From NCBI GenBank assembly GCA_965287045.1, contig OZ336877.1, positions 66,712,001 to 66,776,000 on the forward strand: a stretch of DNA of 64,000 nucleotides. The letters run 5' to 3'. A program made the position numbers and the translations under genes. The DNA is from Carcharhinus amblyrhynchos (lineage: Eukaryota). Positions 11,348-23,051 of the stretch are shown here, one piece after another. The number at the start of each line of letters is the position of its first letter. The first letter of the stretch is position 1. The notes beneath the pieces are model-generated. The model had not been told where the DNA came from. It did no database searches and saw only the letters and a list, made by a program, of their open reading frames with translations.

Positions 11348-13118
11348 CCTTAATTCCACTAGGATGTGTTTTCCTTATTTATCTGAAGAAAGATTCACAG
11401 AGGTTGATTACAATCTCACCTGCACATTGGAAACCAGAAAAGTGGGCTGTCAAATACATATAGGTTACTGACCAGATTGAAAATCAACCCATTTACACTG
11501 GTCCCCATTTTAACAAATACAATTTTGCAGGTGAATGAGGCACTTGCCAAAGCTGTTGGGAATTTGGTACATTTGTGCAAACTGGAGTCTCACTGTATTA
11601 TTTTCACTGCAGCTTCAGCAGGGAAGCTGCTGCTCTGCAGACAGAGAGGCAATCCCAAATAAGTGTAAAACTTCCCTCTGTGGGACCAAGACAAGCAGGA
11701 ATGAAATGTAAAGTAAGTTGGGCTGTAAAATGAGCATTCGACCTGAACTCACCAGACAGGACTACGGATGTGTAATTGTGCAGTACTGAACAATTGGAAG
11801 CAACAGAGCTTGATAGCTTATTGATTATTTCTGATTAATGATAAAAATCTATTTTTTTTGTGGTAACAAATAACAAAAATATTATTGAAGTTTTAGTTTT
11901 ATTTTGAATTGAATTGATTTGATTCAATGTTCACATTGAGGAAGCAATGTTTGCACTGTAATTCAAGTTGAACATGGTACTAACTGAACATTAGACATCT
12001 GCACTTCCTTCATACTTTAAAATCAATAACTGAAGAACTATGGCAGGGCAGACTATCCATTTTTGGGAAATATAAGAACACATGAAACTAATAATTTTAG
12101 ATATAAACAGCTTATAATTATGCATTACTTCTCGACTTCTTTTCTCCAAAGGTTTATTAATGAGCTGATGATTGTGAGATTGGAATATTGTGTACCATAT
12201 TAGTCTTCTTATTTAAGGAAAGCTGTAGGGTCAATTTATCCTGAATTGGGTCTAAGTGCCCACACTGATTGGAAAACGAAGATGTTTTCCACTAGCAGCA
12301 TCTTTCAAGAGGGATTCACCCACCTGGAAGATATTAATAAGCTCATTTCAAGCAATGTGGTGGCCACTCCTGCTGCTCCAAGACGGGGCCTTCCTTTTTA
12401 AAGAGTATTCTGGTCTCCATGCTCAGAGATAGGCTGGTCTACCTCCAAAAAATGAAATAGTTCCCCTCTCCTCACTGACCAGGGGAAAACCCTTACGCAC
12501 AAATAATGCCCCCACTCCCCCTCCCCCATCACACTGCAATATAGGTGACCAGACTCCCCATTCAGGCCCCCTTCCTCCTCAGAACCCATACTTAGCCACC
12601 CTTCACCTCACGTATCTTAACAGTGCCAACGGTTCACTGCCCCAGCACTTGGCACTGACACCCTGGCTCAGTGGTAATATCAGCAGACTGGTGTCGAAAG
12701 ACCCAGGCTAATGTTCTGGGGACATGGGTTCAAACCTCACCATGTCAGCTAATGGAATTTAAATTTGATTAATAAATCTGGAATTACAAGCTAGTCTGAG
12801 TAAGGGTCACAATGAAACCCCATTCTGGTGATAACCCATCTGTTTCACTTCCCTTTAGGGAAGGAAATCTGCTCTCCTTATTTGGTCTGGCCTACATCTG
12901 ACTCCTGACCCACAGCAATGTGGTTGATTCTTAAATGCTCTTGGAAAAATCCTAACAAACCACTCAGTTGTATCAAACAGCCACAAAATGTAACAAGGAA
13001 TGAAAGTGGATAGATCACCTGGCATTGACCGAGGCACCAGAAACAACAGAACAAAGCTCGTCAATCCTGCAAACATCGGCCAAAATTAGGAGAGCTTCCC
13101 ACAGACTAGTCAATCAAC

Positions 13119-13807
13119 TATAGTATAAGGGTCCTGCACACATAGGGTAATGTGGAACTGAGTACAGTACCATCCACACAAATAATGTCCCAACTCCCCA
13201 CACTACATAGGCATGAGGGTGACCCAACTGCCTTCCCTCTTCCCCCTCAGTGATGTAAAAGAGCACAAGACTTTTTGGGGTGGCCCGGTAGCACAGTGGC
13301 TAGCACTGCTGCTTCACAGCTCCAGGGACCTGGGTTTGATTCCTGGCTTGGGTCACTGTCTGTGTGGAGATTGCACATTCTCCTCGCGCCGGTGTGGGTT
13401 TCCTCAACGTGCTCTGGTTTCCTCCCACAATCCAAAGATGAGTGGATTAGTTGATTGGCCATGCTGAAATTGCCTCTTAGAGTCCTGAGATGCAAAGGTT
13501 AGAGGGATTAGTGGGTAAATATGTAAAGATATGGGGGCAGGGCCTGGGTGGGATTGTAGTTGGTGCAGACTTGATGGGCCAAATGGCCTCTTTCTGCACT
13601 GTAGGGATTCTATGATTCTACTTCCAGGGTCAGTGTGTGGTGTTGGAGAAAGCTCCATATAGACCTAAGCATAAAGATTGTGCCTAGCTTGTACCCTTTA
13701 CGATATTGTAAATAGCTCCAGCAGTTAATAAAGACTTACTGTTAACTTCCAAAAGATTATAAAGACTTCATCAAACCTACTGAGATGTAACCAACACCTG
13801 ACAATCA
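13119..13807 (+). mobile_element. Solo LTR (Gypsy-like) inserted in the LINE
   Basis: 4-bp TSD CAAC (13115-13118 and 13808-13811), TA(TG)...CA ends, AATAAA near 13727. The LINE sequence resumes exactly after it. Confidence 0.75.
13277..13620 (+). mobile_element. HE1-like tRNA SINE with CR1 tail, nested in the solo LTR
   Basis: A-box TAGCACAGTGG, B-box GGTTTGATTCC, tail GATGGGCCAAATGGCCT..ATTCTATGATTCTA. Confidence 0.9.
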
Positions 13808-15312
13808 CAACAGCCTGGCATACTCATATTCACTGAATCCGGAACGTCTCGAGATACCATTGTCCCTGGGTTTTTCCTGTCCCTGCAGGACAGACCCTCA
13901 CTCCTCACCCCCTTCTCCCTATTTAGAGACAGTGCGGCATAATCATCAGGACAGAATTGTTATGGGAGTCCTCAACATTGATGCTGGACCCTATGAAATT
14001 TCATGGCATCACATCAAACACGGGCAAGTAAGCCTTCTGCTGATTCCCACCTACCCCATCAGCATCCATCCCCAGTCAGCTGATGAATCAGTACTCTTCC
14101 ATGTTAATAATCAATTGGAAGAAGCACCAAAAGTGGTAAGGGTACTGAAGGTACTCTGGGTGGGGATCTTCAATGTCTGTCATCAAGAATGGTGAGCCAT
14201 AGTGCTGCTATTAAAGGACATAAATGCTACACTGGGTCTGTGGCAGGTGGTGAAGGAACCAACAAGAGGGAAAAAGCTACTTGACCACCTGTTCACTAAT
14301 TTTTCTCTCACAAATGCATCTGTCCATGACAGTATTAGTAGGAGTGACCACAGTCTTTGTGGAGGTAAAGTCCCATTTTCATATTGACTTATAAGTTCCA
14401 CCATGTTGTGTGGCACTACCACCATACTAAATGGAATAAATTTCGAACAGACAGTATAACTGCATAAGGCAGTGTAGGCCATCAGCAGCAGCAGAATTGT
14501 ACTCAACTACAATCGGTAACCTCAACATATCCCCCCGTAAGCCAAGAGATCAAGTCCGCTCTGATGAAGAGTGCAGGAGGGCATGACAGTAGGGATACCA
14601 AAACAAAAATGAGGTGGCAACTTGCTCAAGCTACAATGCAGGACTACGTGCAAACCAAACTCAGGAATTCAGCAAACATTTGGCAGAGCTAAGCTATCCC
14701 ACAACCATTGGATGAGTTCTAAGTCCTGCCATATCCAGTTGTGGATGGAGTTGAACAACTAAATAACTGGCAGATGGAGAAAGCTCCATAAATACCTCTA
14801 TGCTCAATGGTGGGGGAGGCCAGCACATTAGTGTTACAGTGAGGACTTCAAACCGTCTTCATCCAGAAGTGCCATTTCAGCCTCCTCTGGAGATGCCAGT
14901 TCCAGCCAATTTGATTCATTCTACAATTGATGGCTGAAAGAACTAGACACTGCAAAAGCCATGAGCCCTGACAATGTTCCAGCAATAATATTGAAGTTAA
15001 AAGTGCTCCAAAACTTGCTGTGCCTTAACTAAAGAGGGAGCCCCAAGCTGTTCCAGGACAGCTACCATACAGGCATCTAAATGGCAATGTCAGAAATTGT
15101 CCTGGTATGGCCTGTCCACAAAATAGATGACAAATCCACCCTCAACAATTACTGTTCCATCAGTCCACTCTTGAACATCAACAAAGTGATGAAAAGTATC
15201 ATCGATTGTGCCATCAGTGAGACACTCACGCAGCAATAACCTGCTCGCTAACACTTAGTTTGGGTTCTGCCAGGGTCACTCAGCTCTTGACCTCATTACA
15301 GCCTTGGTTACG

Positions 15313-15440
15313 TAAGAACATAAGAAATAGGAGCAGGAGTAAGCCATCTACCCCTTTGAGCCTGCCCCGCCATTCAATAAGATCATGGCTGATCTGATCA
15401 TGTTTCAGTTCCACTTACCTGCCTGTTCCCCATAACCATG
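15313..15440 (-). mobile_element. Short CR1 tail
   Basis: taagaacataagaaataggagcaggagta is a CR1 3' terminus in reverse. Confidence 0.75.
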
Positions 15441-16228
15441 CCTTATGGTTCAAACATGAACAAAAAAGTTAAATTCCACAGATGAGCTTAGGGTGACTGC
15501 CCTTGACACCCAGGCAGCATTTGACCGAGCGTGGCAGCAAGAAATCCTAGCAAAACTGGATTCAATGGGAATTGGAGAAAACCCTCCCCAAAAATGCCAG
15601 TCTAGCTGATGAAGCCTGGAAAAAAATCACAAACAACTGTTTCCCAGTTACCTGTTCACATTTAACAACACATGATCAATGCAAAGATATGAAGTTAACT
15701 GAATGATGCCTCTGATGATGGTCTTATCAGTGTCAATTCACATGAATGTACAACATTGGTTAATTTTCTCTATTGCAGCTCAGGGTGTAAGTTAGAATGG
15801 CATTCAGATTAGACAATTCGAATATCCTTAATGGGTGCTTTCTCATAGGTCTATAGTAATTTTGTGACGGATGAAGATCTTTCATTATAGAATAACCAGG
15901 ACTGATTGAGGACAAAGAAAGGTTGATGGTGATAGTGCCTGGAGAGAAAAGATAATAATGTAATGAAAAATAACTCTGAGCAATGAAAACAACAAAAGCC
16001 TTCAGTCATGCAATTGTCTATGTTGGGAGAAGGTGACATACTGGTGTAACCTCCTAGAATTTTCTATTAGAATCAGACTGGATTTCAAATTGACATGGCC
16101 TTGAAACCTTTGGTCTGAATTTTTGGTCCTGAGTCAGAAGTGTAGAGTCAGGAAAATACCCGTCTCCGCAAACCCAAGTCTGGAAAAAATGTCTGAAATT
16201 TTCAGATTATCTGTGTGGGGATGGGAAT

Positions 16229-16471
16229 GATGTGGAGATGTCAGCGTTGGACTGGGGTAAACACAGTAAGAAGTCTCACAACACCAGGTTAAAGTCCAAC
16301 AGGTTTATTTGGTAGTAAATGCCACTCGCTTTCAGGGTTTGCCCCTTTGTCAGGTGAGTGGGAGTTCTGATCACAAACTCACCTGACGAAGGGGCAAACC
16401 TCGAAAGCTAGTGCCATTTACTACCAAATAATCCTGTTGGACTTTAACCTGGTGTTGTGAGAGTTTTTACT
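16229..16471 (-). mobile_element. Penelope-derived fold-back element
   Basis: Penelope terminus GATGTGGAGATG.., inverted arms of about 100 bp around a 17-nt spacer, TSD GGGATGGGAAT / GGGATAGGAAT. Confidence 0.9.
16378..16413 (+). ncRNA. Minimal type I hammerhead ribozyme motif
   Basis: CAC-CTGACGA-A-GGGG(caaa)CCTC-GAAA-GC-TA-GTG: conserved core, stem II, stem I CAC/GTG, palindromic AGCT in place of stem III. Confidence 0.75.
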
Positions 16472-17159
16472 TGGGATAGGAATAACAGGCTTGAGTTCAC
16501 CAATCCAGGAAGTACTGCTGAAGTGAAGACAAGCCTACAGTGGGTTAACAGACCTAATCCATTTAAAAGACAGGTCAGTAAGAATTTCCTACTAGAAAGC
16601 AGGAAGCACATGGAGTCATCATTCATCAGTCAGGTGAAAGCAAAATGTATTAGTTGCTGACACTGGAAGAGATGGCCCATCATAGCATTTCCATAGGAAA
16701 ATATAGTAACTGCTACTGTCTATTCACATTGTAATTAAGGAGCACACTCTTTCATGTGAAGGTCGGACAAATGTCACAAGACAGAGATAACCGTGGAGTT
16801 GGCAGCATCTTGACGCCATCAGCTGCTTATAGTATTCTGCATTGATTCAAGTCAATGTAATGTCTCGGGGGAGTGACTAATACACACCACATTTGTCATA
16901 ATCCTTTGCCCTCCTTTCTCATCTTACAGGATGCCGCCATGCAATTGAGTCATGACCAGGAATCTCACAGCAGCAGTCTGTCATGGCAGAACAGTCTGTC
17001 TTACAGGGAGCAGGCCAGCAGGGTAGTGTTCAAGAGCAGAAAACACCATCTGGAAGTAACAGGAGAAAAGGCAGAATACCATGCATTCATCCAGCCCCAT
17101 CTCCTCTCCACACCCCCAACATTAGGCATTGATAAGAGGGAGAACATGATTTGCATATT

Positions 17160-17975
17160 TTTTTATTATACATTCTTGGGATGTTGGTGTCACTGGCTAG
17201 GCCAACATTTATTATCCATATCTAATTGCTCTTGAGAAGGTGATGATGAGCTGCCTTCTTGAACTGCAGCAGTCCATGTGGTGTAGTAGGCACACCCATA
17301 GTGTTGTTAGGAAGGAAGGAAGGAATGACAAATTATTTCAAAGTCAAAATGGAGGGTGATTTGGTGGGGAATCTCCAGCTGGTGGTGTTCACATGTATCA
17401 GCTACTCTTATCCTTCTAGATAACAGTTGTCATGGGTTTAGAAGGTGCTGGGTAAGGAAACTTTGTGAGTTCCTGCAGTACATCTTGTAAGTGGTACACA
17501 CTGTTGCCACTGTGAGTGAATGGTGAAGGGAGTAACTGTTTGTGGATGGAGTAGCAATCAAGTGGCTGCTTTGGTCTGGATGATGTTGAACGTGTCAAGT
17601 GTTGTTGGAACTACACTCATCCAAGCAAGTGGAAAATACTCTCCAACACACCCTTAACTTTGCCTTGTAGATGTTGGACAGGCTCTGGGGAGTCAGGAGA
17701 TAAGTTACTTGTCACAGGATTTCTAGCCTTTGACCTGCTCTGGTAGCCATAGTATTTATGTGGCTAGTTTATTTCAGTTTCTGGCCAATGGTAATCCGCA
17801 AGATGTTGATAGTGAGGGATTTAGTGATGGCAATGTCATTGAATGCCAAGGGGCTTTGTTGGAAATGGTCATTTTTTGGTACTTATGAGGTGCAAATGTT
17901 ACTTGTCACTTGTTAGCCCAGTCATGGATATAGTTCAGGTCTTGCTGCATTTGGAAATGGACTGTTTCTGTCTAT
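17160..17975 (-). mobile_element. 3' part of an old LINE, probably the same family as 12660
   Basis: Tail CCTTCTCAAGAGCAATTAG..AATAAATGTTGGCCTAGCCAG..CATCCCAAGAATG is shared with the SINE at 6388; collinear with 47470-48200. Confidence 0.75.
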
Positions 17976-18074
17976 GTAAGCAGACATTATTTTATTAGAC
18001 CTTTCTGAGTTGGAGCCCTTGCCTGTTTTTGAAAACTTTTCACATTTCTCATGCCAGTAAGTCTCAAAGAGACA

Positions 18075-18660
18075 ATGTGTGAAAGAAGACCAAGGGCCCT
18101 GCCTAGATTTAATGACCAAGATCTGCAGATCCTGGAGGAGGAGGTGCTAAGAAGGCACTTAATTTTACACTCCCTTGACTGTTGCAATCTTCACAAAATG
18201 ACCAAAAGGATATCACTGCTGTGAGTGCAGTGGGATCCATCCATTCTTGGATGTAGTACAGGAATCAGTTCCATGACCTATGGTTCTCCAGTAAGAGGAG
18301 ATGTTTGACACAAGCAATTTGAGGACCAGTTGATGATTCACATTTGAATGCTGCACTCATGCTGGGATACCTGGCATATACTTCTCCTGTAGAAAAGATT
18401 TATATGTCCCGGGCACTCCTGGAGATGCACACAGTAGAGATACTAATGTACTCTGTATTATGTTGTCAGGAGCAAGATATTTGTCCCTGGCAACATTCTG
18501 TGTTGGACTAACAGCACTCTTACTGATGCACTTGCAGGTCAAGAAGGTACATAATGCCAGGGAGATGGCACAGCCTGGAGATCAGTCCGCAAGACTATGG
18601 ACAATCCATAATGTGGAGGAGACAGCAATGGAGGTTTCCAGCATGCCTGACTGGCACATT
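18075..18660 (+). pseudogene. Harbinger/PIF Myb-SANT accessory ORF, decayed, with an intron
   Basis: ATG at 18075 gives MCERRPRALPRFNDQDLQILEEEVLRR; after a frameshift AVSAVG..SWM*YRNQFHDL; donor GTAAG near 18290; acceptor TTGCAG near 18537 then VKKVHNAREMAQPG. Confidence 0.7.
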
Positions 18661-18940
18661 GTTGGAGATAGAGAACTGACCGTGCTGAAGGCAGTGGTAG
18701 TGGTGAAGGTGATCTTGTTACTTCATGGAGCTAAGAGGATGTTGTAAAAAAAGGGGAGAGCAAATATTGAGTTACATGATAAAGACATAACAATTATGAT
18801 TAAATGTAATGGTGTGTATCGGAGCATGTTCTAACAATGTAAAAGGATGAACTCCTTTTGTGAATCATGCACGTCGCACCACTGCTCGCCAGCCACCCCC
18901 CATCCCCTGGATCATCTCATCCCTCTGGCATCAAGGTAAG

Positions 18941-20447
18941 GATGTGGATGTGCCGGCGTTGGACTGGGGTAAACACAGTAAAAAGTCTGACAACACCAGG
19001 TTTTAGTCCAACCGATTTATTTGATAGTAAACTCACAAGCTTTCGAGGGGACTGCCTCTTCATCAGGTGAATGGAGAGTTCTGGCCTCGGACAGAGCATA
19101 TAAAGCACAGACAGTTTACAGATTACTGATTAGAATGCGAATCTTTACACCTAACCTGCTGTTCAAGCCTTAAAGTGGCCGACAATGTGTGTGGAAGGAG
19201 CACTGATCACAGGTTAAAGAGATGTGTATTGTCTCCAGACAGCACACAGTGAGTGAGGTTTTGCAAACCCAGGCAAGTCACAGATGGTGCGACATGAACC
19301 CAAGATCCCTGTTGAGACCATCCTCATGTGTGTGGAACTTGGCTATCAGTCTCTGCTCAGCGACTCTGCGCTGTCATGTGTCATGAAGGCCGCCTTGGAG
19401 AATGCTTACCCGAAGGTCAGAGGCTGAATGCCCGTGACCACTGAAGTGTTCACCAACAGGAAGGGAACAGTCTTGCCTGGTGATTATCGAGCAATGTTCA
19501 TTCATCCGTTGTCGTAGCGTCTGCATGGTCTCCCCAATGTACCATGCTTCGGGACATCCTTTCTTGCAACGTATCAGGTAGACAATGTTGGCCGAGTTGC
19601 AAGAGTATTTACCGTGTACCTGGTGGATGGTATTCTCACATGTGATGATGGTATCCATGTCGATGATCCGGCATGTCTTGCAGAGGTTGCTGTGGCAGGG
19701 TTGTGTGGTATTGTGGTCACTGTTCTCCTGAAGGCTGGGTAGTTTGCTGCAAACAATGGTCTGTTTGAGGTTGTGCGGTTGTCTGAAGGCAAGAAGTGGG
19801 GGTGTGGGGATAGCCCTGGCGAGATGTTCGTCTTCATCAATGATATGTTGAAGACTCCGGAGAAGATGCCGTAGCTTCTCCGCTCCAGGGAAGTACTGGA
19901 CAACGAAGGGTACTCTGTCCACTGTGTCCTGTGTTTGTCTTCTGAGGAGATCGGTGCGGTTTTTCGCTGTGGCGCATCAGAGCTGTCGATCTATGAGTCG
20001 AGCGCCATATCCTGTTCTTATGAGGGCATCTTTCAGCGTCTGGAGGTGTCTGTCACGATCCTCCTCAACTGAGCAAATCCTGTGTATACGGAGGGCTTGT
20101 CCATAGCGAATGGCTTCTTTAACATGTTTAGGGTGGAAGCTGGAGAAGTGGAGCATTGTGAGATTGTCTGTGGGCTTGCAGTACAGTGAGGTGCTGAGGT
20201 GACCGTCCTTAATGGAGATGCATGTGTCCAAGAATGCAACCGATTCTGGGGAATAGTCCATGGTGAGTCTGATGGTGGGGTGGAATTTGTTGATATTGTC
20301 ATATAGTTGTTTCAGTGATTGTTCACCATGAGGCCAAAGGAAGAAAATGTCATCGATGTATCTAGTGTATAGCATCGGTTGAAGATTCTGTGCAGTGAAG
20401 AAGTCTTGTTCGAACCTGTGCATGAAGATGTTGGCATATTGAGGTGC
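18941..20447 (-). mobile_element. Penelope-like element, 5'-truncated (partial RT + GIY-YIG endonuclease)
   Basis: RT APQYANIFM..YTRYIDDIFF (19977-20447). GIY-YIG domain with CCHH spacing, NIVYLIRCKKGCPEAWYIGET..RMNEH (19374-19922). TSD CAAGGTAAGG / CAAGGTGAGG. Confidence 0.95.
19033..19070 (-). ncRNA. Minimal hammerhead ribozyme in the Penelope 3' pLTR
   Basis: TCAC-CTGATGA-A-GAGG(cagtcc)CCTC-GAAA-GC-TT-GTGA, on the element's sense strand. Confidence 0.75.
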
Positions 20448-21039
20448 AAGGTGAGGAACAGATGTCCAAGGAGGCAGTGCCCATCTTATTAGCCCATACT
20501 CCATCAATACAGATATCAGCACATGGGAGGGATAATATGGAAGGTGATTAAAGTTGCTCGTATAACACAGTTGTGGCCTGGCCATGCACAATGTGTGTTC
20601 ACTGCAATAGTGTTAGCACATATGATTTGTAGGTCGTGGGAGTAAAGTCCTGCCTCCTACTGGCAGTCTTGGCATAATGAGTGTGATTTGAGTTGACACA
20701 GCGTGGCATCTTGGCCATTTCTTTGGCAATTACTAACAGATATGTGCCAGGACCAGGTTGTGAAGTATTTCCCAAGATCTATCTGTGCACTGCATTGACC
20801 CCAATGGTTATGATGGTCACAGTTTTATCCATGATTATGACACTGACCTTCAGTAAGTACAATTGTATTTCTTCCTTGTTGGGGATGGGCATTTCCCTGA
20901 GGGTATATGGTTTCCACGTGAAAAGTTTATTATGTGAAAGTTGCTCACCAAGGACTGGCTGATGTAAATTGTGAGCTTCCAGGGTCCTAGATCAACTTGT
21001 TCTGGATTAACAGATTTCCGGCAATGACATCTTGGAGAA

Positions 21040-21700
21040 AAGTTAACCATGGCTAACATTGCCCTGCCCACAGCTGATCTGCAGTTGCCACCATCTTTCT
21101 CCTCTGTGTGTGAAATCTAGGTGCTTCCACATCCTGTTCCACATCTTCCTCTCATTTTCCTCCACCTCCTCCTCAGAAGGTGTAGCCATTAACCCGCCTT
21201 TTTCCTCCTCTAACTGTAGGTCCCTCCTCTGCACCATATTGTGCACAACACTACTAATCTATGCTAATTATGATCCCAGATTTTGTTGGATCATGGCATA
21301 CATGTAAGTGATCTACTCCCTGCTTTACCTTTGACACATTCTGCATTGGTTCTCAATCATATTAAGATATAACACCTGCAGTTGGCAGACCTTTATCTTG
21401 GGATAAAACCTAGTTGTTGTCCTCTTTCTCCTTGATATGTATTACATTGAGTCTAACTCCTGCTTTGGTCCCCTTTTTCGCCCATTGCTGCTATGCCACA
21501 AATGTGTGAAGTTGCCATTCCAATGTTACAGTCTCTTAACCACAATGTGCATTTTTCTCTTCCCTGGAACACTTCATCCTACCACCTGTATGCCAGAGTC
21601 ACAATGGGCAGAAATATATGCCCTTCCAATACCAAAGGCCCTTGGATGGCAGCCACAGACCTGTGAAATATTTTGTTGAGGTTGCATAGCATTTGGTGAA
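21040..21700 (-). pseudogene. Harbinger DDE transposase (HARBI1-like) C-terminal remnant
   Basis: VVHNMVQRRDLQLEEE plus an acidic tail (LHN motif) and a decayed GDKGY-like motif near 21400. Convergent with the Myb ORF; TIR-like GAAATTCAGGCC near 21990-22001. Confidence 0.55.
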
Positions 21701-22849
21701 TATTTTTAAAGCTGATATCACCAAAAGCTTATCTGACCTCAAGGAATTCCACTAAATTCAAATCCTCTCCTCAAATGTGTAAATCTCACGAGTTGTGATG
21801 AAACTTGCATGTAGTTGAAGGCAGTTTCACTTTTAACCGTGTAGCTGCCTCCATGAACCAAAATGTGCAAATTACAATCCACCCCCAAACCCCCTCCCAA
21901 ATGAAAATAGTGGGCCCTGGGTTCGAGGGTGGGATTCCAGAATTGACGGAGGCGTTTTGGCTGAGGCGTGGGCTCCTTCCGTCGTGGCAGAAATTCAGGC
22001 CTTTGTATAGCATTTTATCATATTTCCTATCTTGACACAAAGCCCATATCCTTGAACTTGCTGTTGAATCAGAAATCTGCCCTTGAAGTTTTCTAATTCT
22101 CAAGTTGAATTTGCCTATGCTGCACCATGCAGTAGTGTATTCTATAATTCAATGGTTACAAATATGATGCTTAATTTTTTCTTCAGCTTTTGATGATGAT
22201 GGTTTTGGTTTAGCTCTTAAAGCTTCTTCCCTATTCCTTACATGATCTAAAAAAAAACTTGAATTACACTGGGGTGTTTATATCATAAAGAACAGATTCA
22301 ATTTTCTTAATTTTTCTTGGTAATTCATTAAACCCTTTTTAAATAACTCCCTTTGTTGTAAGTGTGGTGTCTAAATCTTGAGACAATACACCCAAGGAGA
22401 AGCTGACTGTTGCTCAGTCAATATTATGACTTTTAATCTACACGAACAATCTAACATTCAGGGTACCTGGTGCGTAACATTAACTTTTACCTTAAACTAT
22501 GTGGAACACATATTGCCCATTGACAAAGAGCTGTTATTTAAAAAATGAGTATTTACAGGTAAAATTCTTCTCTAAATATATTTTGAAATTGTATTTAATC
22601 TCATCAATGTGGGAGGGAGCTGCCAGTTAATGAAAATACTTTTATATATTTCTTATCCAACATATTTTGAACAGCAAGAAGCTTGGTGATAATTTGTTTG
22701 TTTATCGAGGAATGAAATAAGGATCATTAAAGATATCCAATGCCATTTTGAGAACAGGTATTTTAAATGAGGATAGCATTTAATTCTGAAGAAACTTTGA
22801 ATGTTCTCTCAACTACAGGAGCAATGCATTGTGGCCACTTTCAGATGAA

Positions 22850-22982
22850 AGGCAGAATTCTCTGGTCTGGTCGCATTGATCTAAAGCTGGAAATTCCCGC
22901 CCCACTGTCAATGGGCCTTCACATTGTCTGTAACCCGTGCACTACTATTGCAGTGGCGGGCAGAGTGGGAAAATTCCTGCCT
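22850..22982. mobile_element. Small MITE (Harbinger-like TIRs)
   Basis: AGGCAGAATT...AATTCCTGCCT inverted termini. Confidence 0.65.
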
Positions 22983-23051
22983 AAGAGAGAGTTTCCTAAA
23001 GTTAGGCCTCCCTGTTGGTCGAATCTCGCATTGAGAGATTGAAATTAGGGA

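Larger units (their letters stand above)
12660..15590 (+). mobile_element. Decayed APE-RT LINE (CR1/L2 group) with a tRNA-derived SINE-like 5' end; contains nested insertions
   Basis: A-box TGGCTCAGTGG (12664) and B-box GGTTCAAACC (12727). APE motifs VLWVGIFNV (decayed GDFN), EPTRGKKLLD and SRSDH in ORFs 13860-14387. RT start LDTAKAMSPDNVP near 14940. Confidence 0.8.

Noticed and set aside
12660-12740. tRNA gene-like A/B boxes (also at other SINE heads)
   Set aside because: No cloverleaf or terminator; they continue into SINE bodies.
15765-15795. Possible 8-nt micro-exon ttgcag|CTCAGGGT|gtaagt
   Set aside because: Frame-shifting length, no supporting neighbouring exons, and such motifs arise by chance.
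20448-20591. N-terminal part of the 204-aa RT ORF
   Set aside because: It lies outside the Penelope TSD, so it is chance read-through from flanking DNA.
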